From assembly GCA_051881635.1 (NCBI GenBank), contig JBJEQG010000057.1, positions 1,695-65,694 on the forward strand: 64,000 nucleotides of DNA. Direction: 5' to 3'. Of this stretch, positions 1 through 10,171 are shown one piece after another (within the stretch, counting starts at the first letter, position 1; every line of letters begins with the position of its first letter). Source of the DNA: Acutalibacteraceae bacterium. Its GTDB lineage: Bacteria > Bacillota > Clostridia > Oscillospirales > Acutalibacteraceae. The position numbers and the translations under genes are program-made. The notes beneath the pieces were generated by a model. That model saw only the letters and a list, made by a program, of their open reading frames with translations, was not told the origin of the DNA and did not search any database.

Positions 1-1
1 C

Positions 2-268
2 GGTGTTAACTATTATGATTTGCCGGAAGAAACAATAGATCAGTTGTATGACTTGCTTGAACCGTTTGGTTGTCAAATGGGCGGTTACCCGACATTTACC
101 CAAAGTGACCCACGCTCTTCCGACAAATTTGAAGTGCTTTTGTTCCAATTAGACTCAGTTGAGGATATTATGTGGGGTGACAGCGGCGTTGCAAATTTCT
201 TTATCAGCCGTGAAGCACTGAGAGCGAAAGACTTTTCAAAAGTCATGTATAATTGGGACTGCTGTTGA
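2..268 (+). CDS. C-terminal fragment of a YwqG/DUF1963-family protein (5' end lies upstream of the window)
   Basis: The frame is open from the window edge. The tail ...MWGDSGVANFFISREALRAKDF...NWDCC resembles the conserved C-terminus of DUF1963 proteins. Confidence 0.55.
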   Translation, partial: GVNYYDLPEETIDQLYDLLEPFGCQMGGYPTFTQSDPRSSDKFEVLLFQLDSVEDIMWGDSGVANFFISREALRAKDFSKVMYNWDCC

Positions 269-270
269 TT

Positions 271-1359
271 TTAATTTTTTCTTTTTGCAGGAATTTTCAG
301 TGTCAGAACGAAAAGAACACAGGTGATAAGTAACGCTATACTGCCCGAAATATGTGTTGCGTTAGCGTATGACACAACGCCCGTATAGTTGGAGAAAACA
401 TTTTGTACCGGTTGAAAAATCCGCAAAAGTACAGCCGTTATGCTTGCAGACAAAACCGCATTCAATAAACGAAACAGAAAAAACAATGGTTTCGGCGGTG
501 CAATTTCTCCCAAAATGCCAAAAATCTGAAAGTGTACGCAAAGTCCGCCCCAACCAACTGCAAATGCAAAAGCAATCGGCGAAACACCACCGCTTGAACT
601 CAGTCCCGAACACGCCGCCGATACTTCCAAAAGTATTTTGGGTATGTTTTGACTTATTGTCTGCGGAAGAAAGGGCAGTCCTTTTAGAAATTCCATAACG
701 CCAAGTGCGGAAAGAATTTCAAGTACCACAAAAAACACAATAACCAATGCCATCATTTGTATCATGGAATTAGCGGCATCGTATGCCGAACAGACAACCG
801 CATCGCCAAAAGGCTCGGTTGTCTGTTCTTGCGTTTTGATGTTTTTTTCAATCGGAATGAGCCGAGCCAAAACACCAAGTATAATAACTGCCGTTGTTTG
901 TGAAACAAAAAGTATAACACCAATTTGAGGACTGTTCAGCATACGCACACCAACGGCAGTAATCAAAAATGCAGGACCTGAACTGATACAAAACACACCC
1001 ATACGCCGAGCGGTTGTTTTGTCAATCAATCCCTGATTGTAAAGTGTGCGTATGCCTTTTGCACCAACAGGAAAACCGCCGATAAGCGACAGAAAAATAA
1101 CGGGAGCTGCCGCTCCACCCAATCCGAAAAGACTTTTGGTTATGGGCGAAAGCACCCGTCCGCAAATTTGTGCAAAGCCGCTCCGTATCATAAGAACCGA
1201 CAGAACCATAAACGGAAACAGGGCGGGGATTAAAATTTCCACCGTACAAATTAACGCCTTTTTTACGCCCTCAGCCGTCTGTCTTGCAAAGCACAAAATG
1301 GCAATACACATGAACATCACGCCTATATAAAATAAAGCCGTACCGCATTTCTTTTTCAA
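271..1359 (-). CDS. ylbJ: YlbJ-like sporulation integral membrane protein (nucleoside-recognition/Gate domain)
   Basis: Polytopic membrane ORF with a GGFPVGAKGIRTLYNQGLI motif, divergent from yqfC/yqfD. The ORF extends to 1440 (TTG). An in-frame TTG at 1359 preceded by AAGGGTGG avoids overlap with yqfC. Start is uncertain. Confidence 0.6.
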   Translation of the reverse strand: MKKKCGTALFYIGVMFMCIAILCFARQTAEGVKKALICTVEILIPALFPFMVLSVLMIRSGFAQICGRVLSPITKSLFGLGGAAAPVIFLSLIGGFPVGAKGIRTLYNQGLIDKTTARRMGVFCISSGPAFLITAVGVRMLNSPQIGVILFVSQTTAVIILGVLARLIPIEKNIKTQEQTTEPFGDAVVCSAYDAANSMIQMMALVIVFFVVLEILSALGVMEFLKGLPFLPQTISQNIPKILLEVSAACSGLSSSGGVSPIAFAFAVGWGGLCVHFQIFGILGEIAPPKPLFFLFRLLNAVLSASITAVLLRIFQPVQNVFSNYTGVVSYANATHISGSIALLITCVLFVLTLKIPAKRKN

Positions 1360-1431
1360 AAAACCACCCTTATCATGTATATGACGGGTGATTTTTGCTT
1401 TATGAACAGCATAAATATTAGGGGTGATTGT

Positions 1432-1710
1432 GTGAAACAAAAAAAGAACAATTCCGACAAATCCAAAAATATATTTTCCAAAATCCCCTATGTCACACAG
1501 TGCAGTTCAGTTCATTGTGCGATTTCAAGCAATCGGGAAGCCGTTTTTGAGGGCAGTCGGGGCGTTTTGGAGTATAATGACCAAACAATCCGTATCAATA
1601 CAAGCGGTTTTATTGTAAAATTCAGCGGTAGGGGACTTTCAATCCGCTGTTTGACGGAGAGCAGTATGATTATAGAAGGATTTATTACTTCCATAGAATA
1701 TATCATGTGA
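1432..1710 (+). CDS. yqfC: Sporulation protein YqfC (YabP family)
   Basis: The C-terminal part (EGSRGVLEYNDQTIRINTSGFIVKFSGRGLSIRCLTESSMIIEGFITSIEYI) matches the YabP/YqfC pattern. GTG at 1432 follows AGGGGTG with 5-nt spacing. The longer ORF from 1375 is less likely. Confidence 0.7.
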   Translation: MKQKKNNSDKSKNIFSKIPYVTQCSSVHCAISSNREAVFEGSRGVLEYNDQTIRINTSGFIVKFSGRGLSIRCLTESSMIIEGFITSIEYIM

Positions 1711-1719
1711 GGCGGTACA

Positions 1720-2931
1720 ATGATTTTTTTGGCAATCATTCGCTGGTTGTGTGGTTATGTAGAATTTGAAATTAGAGGCAGATTTCCCGAACGCTTTATC
1801 AATCTGACGGCAAAAAATGGAATTTCTCTTTGGAGCGTAAAACCTGATACGGATTGTATTCGTGCCAAAGCCCGTGTTCGTGATTACCGTATAATGCGGA
1901 ATTTTACCCGCCGCAGTAAGACCCGACTGAAAATCACACGGCGTTTTGGCATTCGTTTTTTGATTTTCAAATATCGTCAGCGTATGGGACTTTTAGTTGG
2001 TACGGTGCTGTTTGTTGTGATTTGCCAAGTATTGTCCCTGTTTATATGGACTGTGGATATTCATGCCCCGTCTATTCTCAGCGAGGCGGAATTAAGAAAT
2101 TTACTTACGGAAAACGGTATTCACATCGGTACGCCGAAAAGCAGTATCAGCAAGACGGAAATCGAACACGCTCTGACCCTGAAAAATGATAATATTTCAT
2201 GGATTTCCGTCAATGTCATGGGGACGGTTTGTTCGGTTGAAATCAGCCCTAATTTAAAAACGCCGAATGATAATACCGCCGAAGAAAATACAGCTTCAAA
2301 TATAAAAGCGGTATATGACGGTGTGATTACCCGTATTGAAGTCAAAAACGGAACAGCAGCCGTTGTTGTCGGTCAGGGTGTTGTCAAGGATATGCTTTTG
2401 GTCAGCGGTGTTATGGAGTACGCAAACGGACAAAATAAAATTGTTGCGTCCAATGCCAAAATTTTCGCCCAAACTCAAAGAACTTTACGGGTTAAAATAC
2501 CGTATGAATATACCAAAGCCCAACCAACAGGTAATACCGCTCTCAAACGCTCTGTCAATATTATGGGGTTAACAATCCCATTGTCATTGAACGGTACTCC
2601 GTCAGAAAATTATGTTAAAGCGGTTAAATACGAAAATGTGGTTTTGTTCGATACTTTTTTGCCCATACAGACTGAAACGGAATTTTTTACGGCTTATGAA
2701 TACACAACACAAAAGCTCAATGTTGCCCAAGCCGAAAAAGTCGCAAAAGAAACTTTGAAATTGCAGGAAATGTTTCTTGTTGCAAGCCTAAGCGAATGTA
2801 CAATTTTGGACAGAGAATATGCAACTCAAGAAGAAAAAGACGGTGTTGTTGTCACGCTTAAATTGCGGTTGGAAGAAAATATATGCCGCACTGAACCTTT
2901 GCAGTTTACGGATTTATCCGACACTCCATAA
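1720..2931 (+). CDS. yqfD: Sporulation protein YqfD (stage IV sporulation protein)
   Basis: 403 aa, lying directly after yqfC. It has the single central TM segment and length typical of YqfD. Confidence 0.75.
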   Translation: MIFLAIIRWLCGYVEFEIRGRFPERFINLTAKNGISLWSVKPDTDCIRAKARVRDYRIMRNFTRRSKTRLKITRRFGIRFLIFKYRQRMGLLVGTVLFVVICQVLSLFIWTVDIHAPSILSEAELRNLLTENGIHIGTPKSSISKTEIEHALTLKNDNISWISVNVMGTVCSVEISPNLKTPNDNTAEENTASNIKAVYDGVITRIEVKNGTAAVVVGQGVVKDMLLVSGVMEYANGQNKIVASNAKIFAQTQRTLRVKIPYEYTKAQPTGNTALKRSVNIMGLTIPLSLNGTPSENYVKAVKYENVVLFDTFLPIQTETEFFTAYEYTTQKLNVAQAEKVAKETLKLQEMFLVASLSECTILDREYATQEEKDGVVVTLKLRLEENICRTEPLQFTDLSDTP

Positions 2932-3048
2932 AGAACAGTCATTATTTTGAGTATTATGGAAAGTTTTTGTTGCCGAAGATATGAAACTGTGGTAAAATCT
3001 AAAAGGTAAAGTGTATAAAAACGATTGATATATGAGGCATTAAAATTT

Positions 3049-3564
3049 ATGAAAATTTTGGGTATAGACCCCGGTTATGCGATTGTCGGATATGGCGTTA
3101 TCGAGTATGGAAGCGGACGCTATGTTCCCGTTGATTACGGTGCGATTACAACAGATGCCGAAACACCTTTTCCAAAACGCTTACAGGAAATTTATAACGA
3201 TATGATTTCAATTATAATTCGTAATGAACCCGATGCCCTTTCGATTGAAAAATTATATTTCAATACCAATAAGACAACGGGTATCGGTGTAGCGGAGGCA
3301 AGAGGTGTTATTATTTTGGCGGCACAGATGAATAATATTCCGGTTTATGAATATACACCGCTCCAAGTCAAAAACGCAGTCACAGGTTTTGGCGGAGCAA
3401 AGAAACCTCAGGTTATGGAAATGACACGCCGCTTATTAAAATTACAAACCGTTCCCAAGCCCGATGATACCGCCGATGCGTTGGCGATTGCCATTTGTCA
3501 CGCACAAACCTCAGGTACACGCTTGCGAACCCTCATCAATAAAAGTAATAATATCATCAAATAG
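3049..3564 (+). CDS. ruvC: Crossover junction endodeoxyribonuclease RuvC
   Basis: MKILGIDPGYAIVGYGV... N-terminus and DTADALAIAICH near the C-terminus. The ATG at 3049 gives the canonical N-terminus. Confidence 0.93.
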   Translation: MKILGIDPGYAIVGYGVIEYGSGRYVPVDYGAITTDAETPFPKRLQEIYNDMISIIIRNEPDALSIEKLYFNTNKTTGIGVAEARGVIILAAQMNNIPVYEYTPLQVKNAVTGFGGAKKPQVMEMTRRLLKLQTVPKPDDTADALAIAICHAQTSGTRLRTLINKSNNIIK

Positions 3565-3581
3565 CAGTGGGAGTTAAAATT

Positions 3582-4202
3582 ATGGAAAATATTTTTGAAG
3601 TTATGGCAACCCGTCGAAGTATCCGCAAATATACAGACCAACCCGTTTCCGATGAAGATATAAAAGAGATTGTTGCGGCGGCTGCCGCCGCACCGAGTGC
3701 GTGTAACTGTCAGAGTTATGAATTTATCGCTGTGCGTGATAAAACCAAGCTGAACCGTCTTGCGGAATTGGTTTGTGCTTTTGTTGATGAATTTTATGCA
3801 GGTGCAGACGAGGCGTTAATTGTTTCCCGCAAAAAGCAAATGACCTTTTTCACCAAAGCACCTGTTGTTATTTTTGTTGCAGAAGCTCCCTTTGTTTACC
3901 ATGACACAAGAGTAACGGAATGGTATAAAAGCAAAGATTTTTCTGAGGAAGAAATGTTTGCCGACATTGGCAATCCCGTATCGTTAACTATTGGTGCGGC
4001 TGTGGAAAATCTGCTTTTAGCGGCTCATGCCAAAGGTTTAGGTGCGTGTTTCATGGTTGACCCTGTTGTTGCAAGAGAAAAACTCGAAAAAGAGTTGAAT
4101 TGCAAGGGACATTTGGCGGCGGTTATTCCTGTTGGTTATCCCGCTTATCAACCCCGTGAAAAAACATCGAAAACACTTGACGAAATTCTAACGATTCTTT
4201 AA
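3582..4202 (+). CDS. Nitroreductase family protein
   Basis: RRSIRKYTDQPV motif and ~205 aa length. GGGAG RBS lies 8 nt before the ATG at 3582. Confidence 0.8.
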   Translation: MENIFEVMATRRSIRKYTDQPVSDEDIKEIVAAAAAAPSACNCQSYEFIAVRDKTKLNRLAELVCAFVDEFYAGADEALIVSRKKQMTFFTKAPVVIFVAEAPFVYHDTRVTEWYKSKDFSEEEMFADIGNPVSLTIGAAVENLLLAAHAKGLGACFMVDPVVAREKLEKELNCKGHLAAVIPVGYPAYQPREKTSKTLDEILTIL

Positions 4203-4214
4203 GAGGAAAAAGAA

Positions 4215-4823
4215 ATGATATATAGCCTTAACGGAACGATTGTTCATGTTGATACCAACGCCGTTGTAGTTGAATGTGGCGGTGTCGGTTATAAATGCTT
4301 AACAACCGCCAATACTTTAAATACAATCGGCGGTATCGGTAACACTGCCCGTCTTTATACGCACATGATTGTTCGTGAAGATGCGATAGAGCTTTGCGGT
4401 TTTTCGACAACCGATGAATTGTCCTGTTTTCGTTTGCTGATTTCCGTCAGCGGTGTTGGAGCGAAATTGGCGATAGCGGTTTTGTCGGCACTGAGTCCCG
4501 AACAGATTGCGGTTGCGGTGTCTATGGGGGACAGCAAAACGCTGACAAAAGCCCCTGGTGTTGGTAATAAGGTTGCCCAACGCATTGTTTTGGAACTGAA
4601 AGATAAACTTAAAGGAATGTTGCAGAACGATAATGCTGCCGTTGCCGTAAATGCACCGACATCGGCTTTTGTGTCAAGAGGAAATCTCACACAAGCTATT
4701 GGTGCATTAGCCGTATTGGGCTATTCAAGTGATGATGTTCTGCCGTTTATGAATGACTTATCTCCCGAAGCGACAGTTGAGGAAATCATCAAAGAAACCC
4801 TTAAACGCATAGGCAAGAAATAA
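4215..4823 (+). CDS. ruvA: Holliday junction branch migration protein RuvA
   Basis: MIYSLNGTIVH...VVECGGVGY start and the LISVSGVGAKLAIAVLS HhH motif. Confidence 0.93.
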   Translation: MIYSLNGTIVHVDTNAVVVECGGVGYKCLTTANTLNTIGGIGNTARLYTHMIVREDAIELCGFSTTDELSCFRLLISVSGVGAKLAIAVLSALSPEQIAVAVSMGDSKTLTKAPGVGNKVAQRIVLELKDKLKGMLQNDNAAVAVNAPTSAFVSRGNLTQAIGALAVLGYSSDDVLPFMNDLSPEATVEEIIKETLKRIGKK

Positions 4824-4914
4824 TGTTTTAATTTTCCTATAATATCACAAAAAACAGGATTTAAAAGGGTTTTAAACCCTTTTGCGGTTTCCAAATGCAG
4901 TGAGGTGATTTTAA

Positions 4915-5988
4915 ATGGATAATAATGATTTTGATTTGGAAAACAGAATAGTTGACCCAACGGAAATTATGGGGGACAGTGACGGCGAAAATCCTTTGCG
5001 TCCGAAAACCCTCAGCGAATATATCGGACAGGAAAAAGCAAAACAGAATTTGAGTGTGTTTATCGAAGCGGCAAAACAACGGCATGAAACACTTGACCAT
5101 GTTCTGCTGTACGGACCGCCGGGTTTGGGAAAAACCACGCTTGCGGGTATTATATCCAATGAATTGAATGTCAATTTGCGTATTACATCAGGACCGGCCA
5201 TTGAAAAACCGGGTGATTTGGCGGCGATTTTAACGAACCTTAACGAAGGCGATGTGCTTTTTATTGATGAAATACACCGTATTTCAAGAGCCGTTGAGGA
5301 AATTCTTTATCCCTCAATGGAGGATTTTGCGATTGATATTGTTACGGGCAAGGGACAAATGGCGGCGTCCTATCATTTGGCATTGCCGCATTTTACTCTG
5401 GTTGGAGCAACAACAAGAGCCGGTCAATTAACCGCTCCTTTGCGTGACCGTTTCGGTGTTCTTCTGCGTTTAGAACTATACACGCCCGAAGAATTGGCAA
5501 GCATTGTAACAAGAAGTGCCAAAATTTTGGGTATTTCGATTGAACCCGATGCGGCAATAGAAATTGCCTCCCGTTCCCGTGGTACACCCCGTATTGCCAA
5601 CCGACTTTTAAAGCGTGTGCGTGACTTTGCACAGGTAATGTCCGAAGGCATTATTACACTCCAAACGGCACAAATTGCCCTTAATCGCTTGGAAATTGAC
5701 GAGCTGGGATTGGACGCTAACGACCGCCGTCTTTTAAATGCGATTGTCAAATTTTATAACGGCGGACCTGTCGGGATTGAAACCCTTGCAGCGGCAATCG
5801 GAGAGGAAGCCGTTACACTTGAAGATGTTTATGAACCTTATCTCATGCAGATTGGTTTTTTGAACCGTACCCCACGAGGACGGTGTATTACAAGGGCGGC
5901 GTGTCTGCACATGGGTTTTCCCATGCCAAACGCTCCTGATGCACAAATCAATTTCAGCGAACTGACAAATAATAATTCATATCAATAA
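4915..5988 (+). CDS. ruvB: Holliday junction branch migration DNA helicase RuvB
   Basis: [14 protein letters not shown], Walker [20 protein letters not shown] and [17 protein letters not shown] motifs. Confidence 0.96.
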   Translation: MDNNDFDLENRIVDPTEIMGDSDGENPLRPKTLSEYIGQEKAKQNLSVFIEAAKQRHETLDHVLLYGPPGLGKTTLAGIISNELNVNLRITSGPAIEKPGDLAAILTNLNEGDVLFIDEIHRISRAVEEILYPSMEDFAIDIVTGKGQMAASYHLALPHFTLVGATTRAGQLTAPLRDRFGVLLRLELYTPEELASIVTRSAKILGISIEPDAAIEIASRSRGTPRIANRLLKRVRDFAQVMSEGIITLQTAQIALNRLEIDELGLDANDRRLLNAIVKFYNGGPVGIETLAAAIGEEAVTLEDVYEPYLMQIGFLNRTPRGRCITRAACLHMGFPMPNAPDAQINFSELTNNNSYQ

Positions 5989-5997
5989 GGACTTGTA

Positions 5998-6027
5998 GGG
6001 AGCGGAAATAAAGCTCCCTTATATTTC
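5998..6027 (+). terminator. Weak hairpin after ruvB (GGGAGC-N9-GCTCCC), competing with CGGAAATA/TATTTCCG
   Basis: 6-bp GC-rich stem followed by TTATATTT. An alternative overlapping hairpin exists. Confidence 0.3.
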
Positions 6028-6144
6028 CGTACTTAAAATAAAAAATTCGAGTATGATTTCATAACGCATGATGTATCAAAATTGTTTGGTAAGCCTTTGT
6101 TTTACATTGTGAATTATGAATTGAAAAGATAGGAGTACATTTTT

Positions 6145-7506
6145 ATGGGAAGATTGTTTGGAACAGACGGTGTCAGAGGTGTAGCCAATGAAAAATTGAC
6201 CTGTTCGTTGGCGATGAAAATCGGCTGTGCGGCGGCAACCGTTTTAGTGGGAAATACAACTCATAAAGCAAAAGTTGTTATCGGAAAGGATACACGCCTT
6301 TCAGGTGATATGCTTGAAGGGGCGTTAATTGCGGGTTTGTGTTCAGTTGGTGTTGATGTCGAACTTTTAGGTGTTGTTCCGACACCTGCCGTTGCTTATC
6401 TTGTCAGAAAATATAATGCCGATGCCGGTATTATGATTTCCGCCTCTCATAATCCCTATGAATTTAACGGTATTAAAATTTTCAGCGGTGACGGCTATAA
6501 GCTGCCCGATTCCATGGAGGACGAAATTGAAGCAATCATTTGTGGAGAAAAACCATCTATTTCCTGTGCATATAATGCTTTGGGAACAGTCAAAAGAGCT
6601 GAAAATGCCGCAGAAGATTATATAGATTATATCGCCTCAACGATAGAAAACCGTTTGGACGGTATGCGAGTGGCGTTGGACTGTGCAAACGGTTCATCTT
6701 CCGTTACCGCCGAAAAACTTTTTAAAAAGCTGGGTGCGGAATGTTTCATGCTCAGTGACCAACCTGACGGTATCAATATCAATGACAAATGCGGTTCAAC
6801 ACATCTTGAAAATTTGAAAACCTATGTTATTGAGAATAAATTGGATTTGGGTATTGCTTTTGACGGTGATGCTGACCGTTGTTTGGCGGTTGATGAGAAC
6901 GGCAATGAGATTGACGGTGATTTTATTATGGCAATTTGTGCTTATGATATGAAATCCCGTCATGTTTTGAAAAAGAATACATTGGTAGGAACTGTTATGT
7001 CCAATATGGGCTTGCAGGTTTTCTGTAAGGAAAACGATATTCCGTTTGTTACGACAGCCGTTGGTGACCGTTATGTTTTGGAAGCTATGCGTCAGGAGGG
7101 CTATTGTTTGGGTGGTGAACAGTCAGGCCATGTCATTTTCCTGGATTACTCAACAACAGGTGACGGCGAATTAACAGGTGTTCAACTGCTCAGTCTGCTG
7201 AAACGCACAGGAAAAAAACTGTCCGAAGCGGCGGCATTGATGAAAAAATATCCGCAAGTGCTGATTAACATTCCCGTCATTCCCAACGGCGGTGCGGTTT
7301 TAGAGGACGAGGAGCTTAAAGCAAACCTTGCCGAAACCGAAAAAACTTTGGGTGATACGGGGCGTATTCTGGTTCGTAAATCGGGAACAGAACCGCTTGT
7401 GCGTGTTATGCTTGAAGGGGCAGACCTTGATTTAATTCGTGAACTCGGTGAAAAGACAGCCGCTCTTATAAGAAATAAAGTCGGAAAAGACAGAGGAAAT
7501 GACTAA
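6145..7506 (+). CDS. glmM: Phosphoglucosamine mutase GlmM
   Basis: MGRLFGTDGVRG N-terminus, the SASHNP active-site serine motif, and GFDGDADR. Confidence 0.96.
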   Translation: MGRLFGTDGVRGVANEKLTCSLAMKIGCAAATVLVGNTTHKAKVVIGKDTRLSGDMLEGALIAGLCSVGVDVELLGVVPTPAVAYLVRKYNADAGIMISASHNPYEFNGIKIFSGDGYKLPDSMEDEIEAIICGEKPSISCAYNALGTVKRAENAAEDYIDYIASTIENRLDGMRVALDCANGSSSVTAEKLFKKLGAECFMLSDQPDGININDKCGSTHLENLKTYVIENKLDLGIAFDGDADRCLAVDENGNEIDGDFIMAICAYDMKSRHVLKKNTLVGTVMSNMGLQVFCKENDIPFVTTAVGDRYVLEAMRQEGYCLGGEQSGHVIFLDYSTTGDGELTGVQLLSLLKRTGKKLSEAAALMKKYPQVLINIPVIPNGGAVLEDEELKANLAETEKTLGDTGRILVRKSGTEPLVRVMLEGADLDLIRELGEKTAALIRNKVGKDRGND

Positions 7507-8402
7507 TGCAAGATACAACACAAAATTTAAAATCAAATATCCGAGAGGCACATTGGCAGTCATACGAGTTGATTGACTGTTCAGACGGTGAACGCTTAGA
7601 GCGGTGGGGCGATATTATTCTTATTCGTCCCGACCCGCAGATTATTTGGAAAACGGAACGCCGTAATCCGCTTTGGAAACAGGCAGCAGCCCGTTATCAA
7701 CGCTCCGACAAGGGTGGCGGTGCATGGCAGATGTACCGTCCACTCCCACAGCGTTGGACGATTGATTATCAATCCCTCATTTTTGGTATTAAGCCAATGG
7801 GCTTTAAGCATACGGGTGTTTTTCCCGAACAGGCAACGAATTGGGATTTTGTAACGCAAAAAATTCATGCCGCAAAAAAGCCCTTAAAAGTGCTGAATTT
7901 GTTTGCTTATACAGGTGCGGCAACGCTGGCGTGTTTAGCGGCGGGAGCGTCCGTAACCCATGTTGACGCCTCAAAGGGAATGGTGCAGTGGGCAAAGGAA
8001 AATGCCGAACTAAGCCATTTGTCAGACCGTCCTGTTCGTTGGTTGGTAGACGATTGCGTTAAGTTTGTACAGCGTGAACAGCGTCGTGGCAATCACTATG
8101 ACGGAATTATTATGGACCCGCCGAGCTATGGCAGAGGACCCGGCGGTGAAGTATGGAAACTTGAAGAACAGCTTTTCGATTTAGTTTCTCTCTGTGTGCC
8201 ATTGATGTCGGAAAATTCCTCCTTCTTTTTGCTTAATTCCTATACAACAGGACTTTCTCCGGCAGTTATGGAATATCTGTTGGGTGTCATGCTCCAAAAG
8301 CCTTTTGGCGGAAAGGTGTCAAGTTCGGAAATCGGACTTCATGTCACCGAGAGCGGCATGACCTTGCCATGTGGCAGTACGGCGATTTGGCAGAAAGATT
8401 GA
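7506..8402 (+). CDS. Class I SAM-dependent methyltransferase (RlmI/YwbD-like C-terminal domain type)
   Basis: VLNLFAYTGAATLA SAM-binding motif and the IIMDPPSYGRG motif. The start overlaps the glmM stop (TAATG). Confidence 0.75.
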   Translation: MQDTTQNLKSNIREAHWQSYELIDCSDGERLERWGDIILIRPDPQIIWKTERRNPLWKQAAARYQRSDKGGGAWQMYRPLPQRWTIDYQSLIFGIKPMGFKHTGVFPEQATNWDFVTQKIHAAKKPLKVLNLFAYTGAATLACLAAGASVTHVDASKGMVQWAKENAELSHLSDRPVRWLVDDCVKFVQREQRRGNHYDGIIMDPPSYGRGPGGEVWKLEEQLFDLVSLCVPLMSENSSFFLLNSYTTGLSPAVMEYLLGVMLQKPFGGKVSSSEIGLHVTESGMTLPCGSTAIWQKD

Positions 8403-8432
8403 CGGGAAATATTAAAGGGATAGGGATAAATT

Positions 8433-9308
8433 ATGAGCTTTATTGAGGTTCAGAATGTCAGCTTTCGTTATGACAGTTTGAATGAAAATGAAACGGAAAG
8501 TTTGCCTTTGGCACTCAACCATGTTTCACTCAAAATTGAAAAAGGCGAATTTTTGGCAATTGTCGGGCATAACGGTTCGGGTAAATCGACACTTTCAAAA
8601 ATGCTGAATGCCATTTATCTTCCAACAGAGGGCAGTGTTATTGTAGACGGCATGAATACCGCTGACAGCGAACATCTTTTTGATATTCGCAAAAATGTCG
8701 GTTTGGTTCAGCAGAACCCCGACAATCAAATTGTTGCCGGTATTGTCGAGGAAGATGTTGCGTTTGGCTGTGAGAACCTCGGTATGTCCCCAAAGGAAAT
8801 CCGCCGCCGTGTTGATGATGCACTGAAAGCAGTCGATATGTATGATTATAGAATGTATTCGCCCGAAAAATTATCGGGCGGTCAGAAACAGCGTGTAGCT
8901 ATTGCGGGCATTTTGGCGATGCAGCCACAGTGTATCGTTTTGGACGAACCGACCGCCATGCTTGACCCAAAAGGGCGAACAGAAGTTATGGAAACTATTC
9001 ATGACCTTAACCGCAGACAGGGCATAACCATTGTGCTGATTACGCACTATATGGAGGAGGCAGTCGAGGCAGATCGTGTTATTGTTGCAGACGGCGGACA
9101 AATCCTTTTAACGGGAAAGCCAATCGAAGTTTTTTCGCAAGTTGAATTATTGAAAGAACATCGTCTTGATGTGCCGCAGGCGACAGAATTGGCATACCGA
9201 TTGCAAAAAAGCGGTTTTGATATGCCTTGTGTTTTGAATGAAGAAATGTGTGCAAAGCAGATTGCCCGTTTGTTCGGCAAGCGTATTTCAACGAATGGGG
9301 GCGTATAA
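8433..9308 (+). CDS. ecfA: Energy-coupling factor transporter ATPase (EcfA1)
   Basis: Walker [10 protein letters not shown], signature LSGGQKQR, Walker B VLDEPT. First of the tandem ecfA-ecfA-ecfT genes. Confidence 0.93.
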   Translation: MSFIEVQNVSFRYDSLNENETESLPLALNHVSLKIEKGEFLAIVGHNGSGKSTLSKMLNAIYLPTEGSVIVDGMNTADSEHLFDIRKNVGLVQQNPDNQIVAGIVEEDVAFGCENLGMSPKEIRRRVDDALKAVDMYDYRMYSPEKLSGGQKQRVAIAGILAMQPQCIVLDEPTAMLDPKGRTEVMETIHDLNRRQGITIVLITHYMEEAVEADRVIVADGGQILLTGKPIEVFSQVELLKEHRLDVPQATELAYRLQKSGFDMPCVLNEEMCAKQIARLFGKRISTNGGV

Positions 9309-10166
9309 ATGGCAATATTGGAAATCAAAAATCTAACATTTATCTATGCCCCAAAAACAGAACAGCAAAAAATTGCCGTAAACGATGTCAGCCTGACAGT
9401 AGATAAAGGTGATTTTGTCGGCATTATCGGGCATACAGGTTCTGGTAAGTCAACATTGGTACAGCTTTTGAACGGTTTGTTAAAGCCGAGTTCTGGCGAA
9501 ATTTTTTTGAACGGCAGAAATATTTGGGAAGACCCAAAAAAAATTCGGGATATTCGTTTTAAAGTCGGATTGGTATTCCAATACCCCGAATATCAGCTTT
9601 TTGAAGAAACGGTTGAAAAAGATATTGCTTTCGGACCTCGCAATATGGGCTTGTCGGAGAATGAAATTGCCGAGCGTGTAACAATGGCGGCAGATTTTGT
9701 CGGATTAAAGCCCGAGCTTTTGAAGAAATCACCGTTTGAATTGTCAGGCGGCGAGAAACGCCGTGCGGCGATTGCAGGTGTTGTGGCAATGGACCCCGAA
9801 ATTTTGATTTTGGACGAGCCGAGTGCGGGACTTGACCCTATGGGGCGTGATGAACTTTTGGAGCAAATCCGCAGTTATCATGAGCGGCGGCAGAATACCG
9901 TCCTGCTTGTATCCCATAGCATGGAAGATGTGGCGAAATTTGCAAAGAAAGTTTTGGTTATGTCAAACGGACAGAAGAAATTTTATGATACAACAACCGC
10001 TGTTTTCGCCCATAGTGAGGAACTTGAAGCGTTGAGCCTCAAAGTGCCGCAGATTACAAAGATTATGCACTTGCTGAATAAAGCGGGAATTGCGGTTGAT
10101 TTAAACGCCCTGACAGTTGAACAGGGCTTTAAATCAATACAACAGCTATTGAAGAAAAACGGGTGA
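9309..10166 (+). CDS. ecfA: Energy-coupling factor transporter ATPase (EcfA2)
   Basis: [17 protein letters not shown] and ILDEPSAGLDP motifs. Second ATPase of the ECF module. Confidence 0.93.
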   Translation: MAILEIKNLTFIYAPKTEQQKIAVNDVSLTVDKGDFVGIIGHTGSGKSTLVQLLNGLLKPSSGEIFLNGRNIWEDPKKIRDIRFKVGLVFQYPEYQLFEETVEKDIAFGPRNMGLSENEIAERVTMAADFVGLKPELLKKSPFELSGGEKRRAAIAGVVAMDPEILILDEPSAGLDPMGRDELLEQIRSYHERRQNTVLLVSHSMEDVAKFAKKVLVMSNGQKKFYDTTTAVFAHSEELEALSLKVPQITKIMHLLNKAGIAVDLNALTVEQGFKSIQQLLKKNG

Positions 10167-10171
10167 TAACA

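Noticed and set aside
4863-4883. 9-bp A/T-flanked palindrome AAAAGGGTT-TTA-AACCCTTTT between ruvA and ruvB.
   Set aside because: The stem is short and its U-run is part of the stem. ruvA and ruvB are normally co-transcribed. I treat it as at most a minor pause or processing site.
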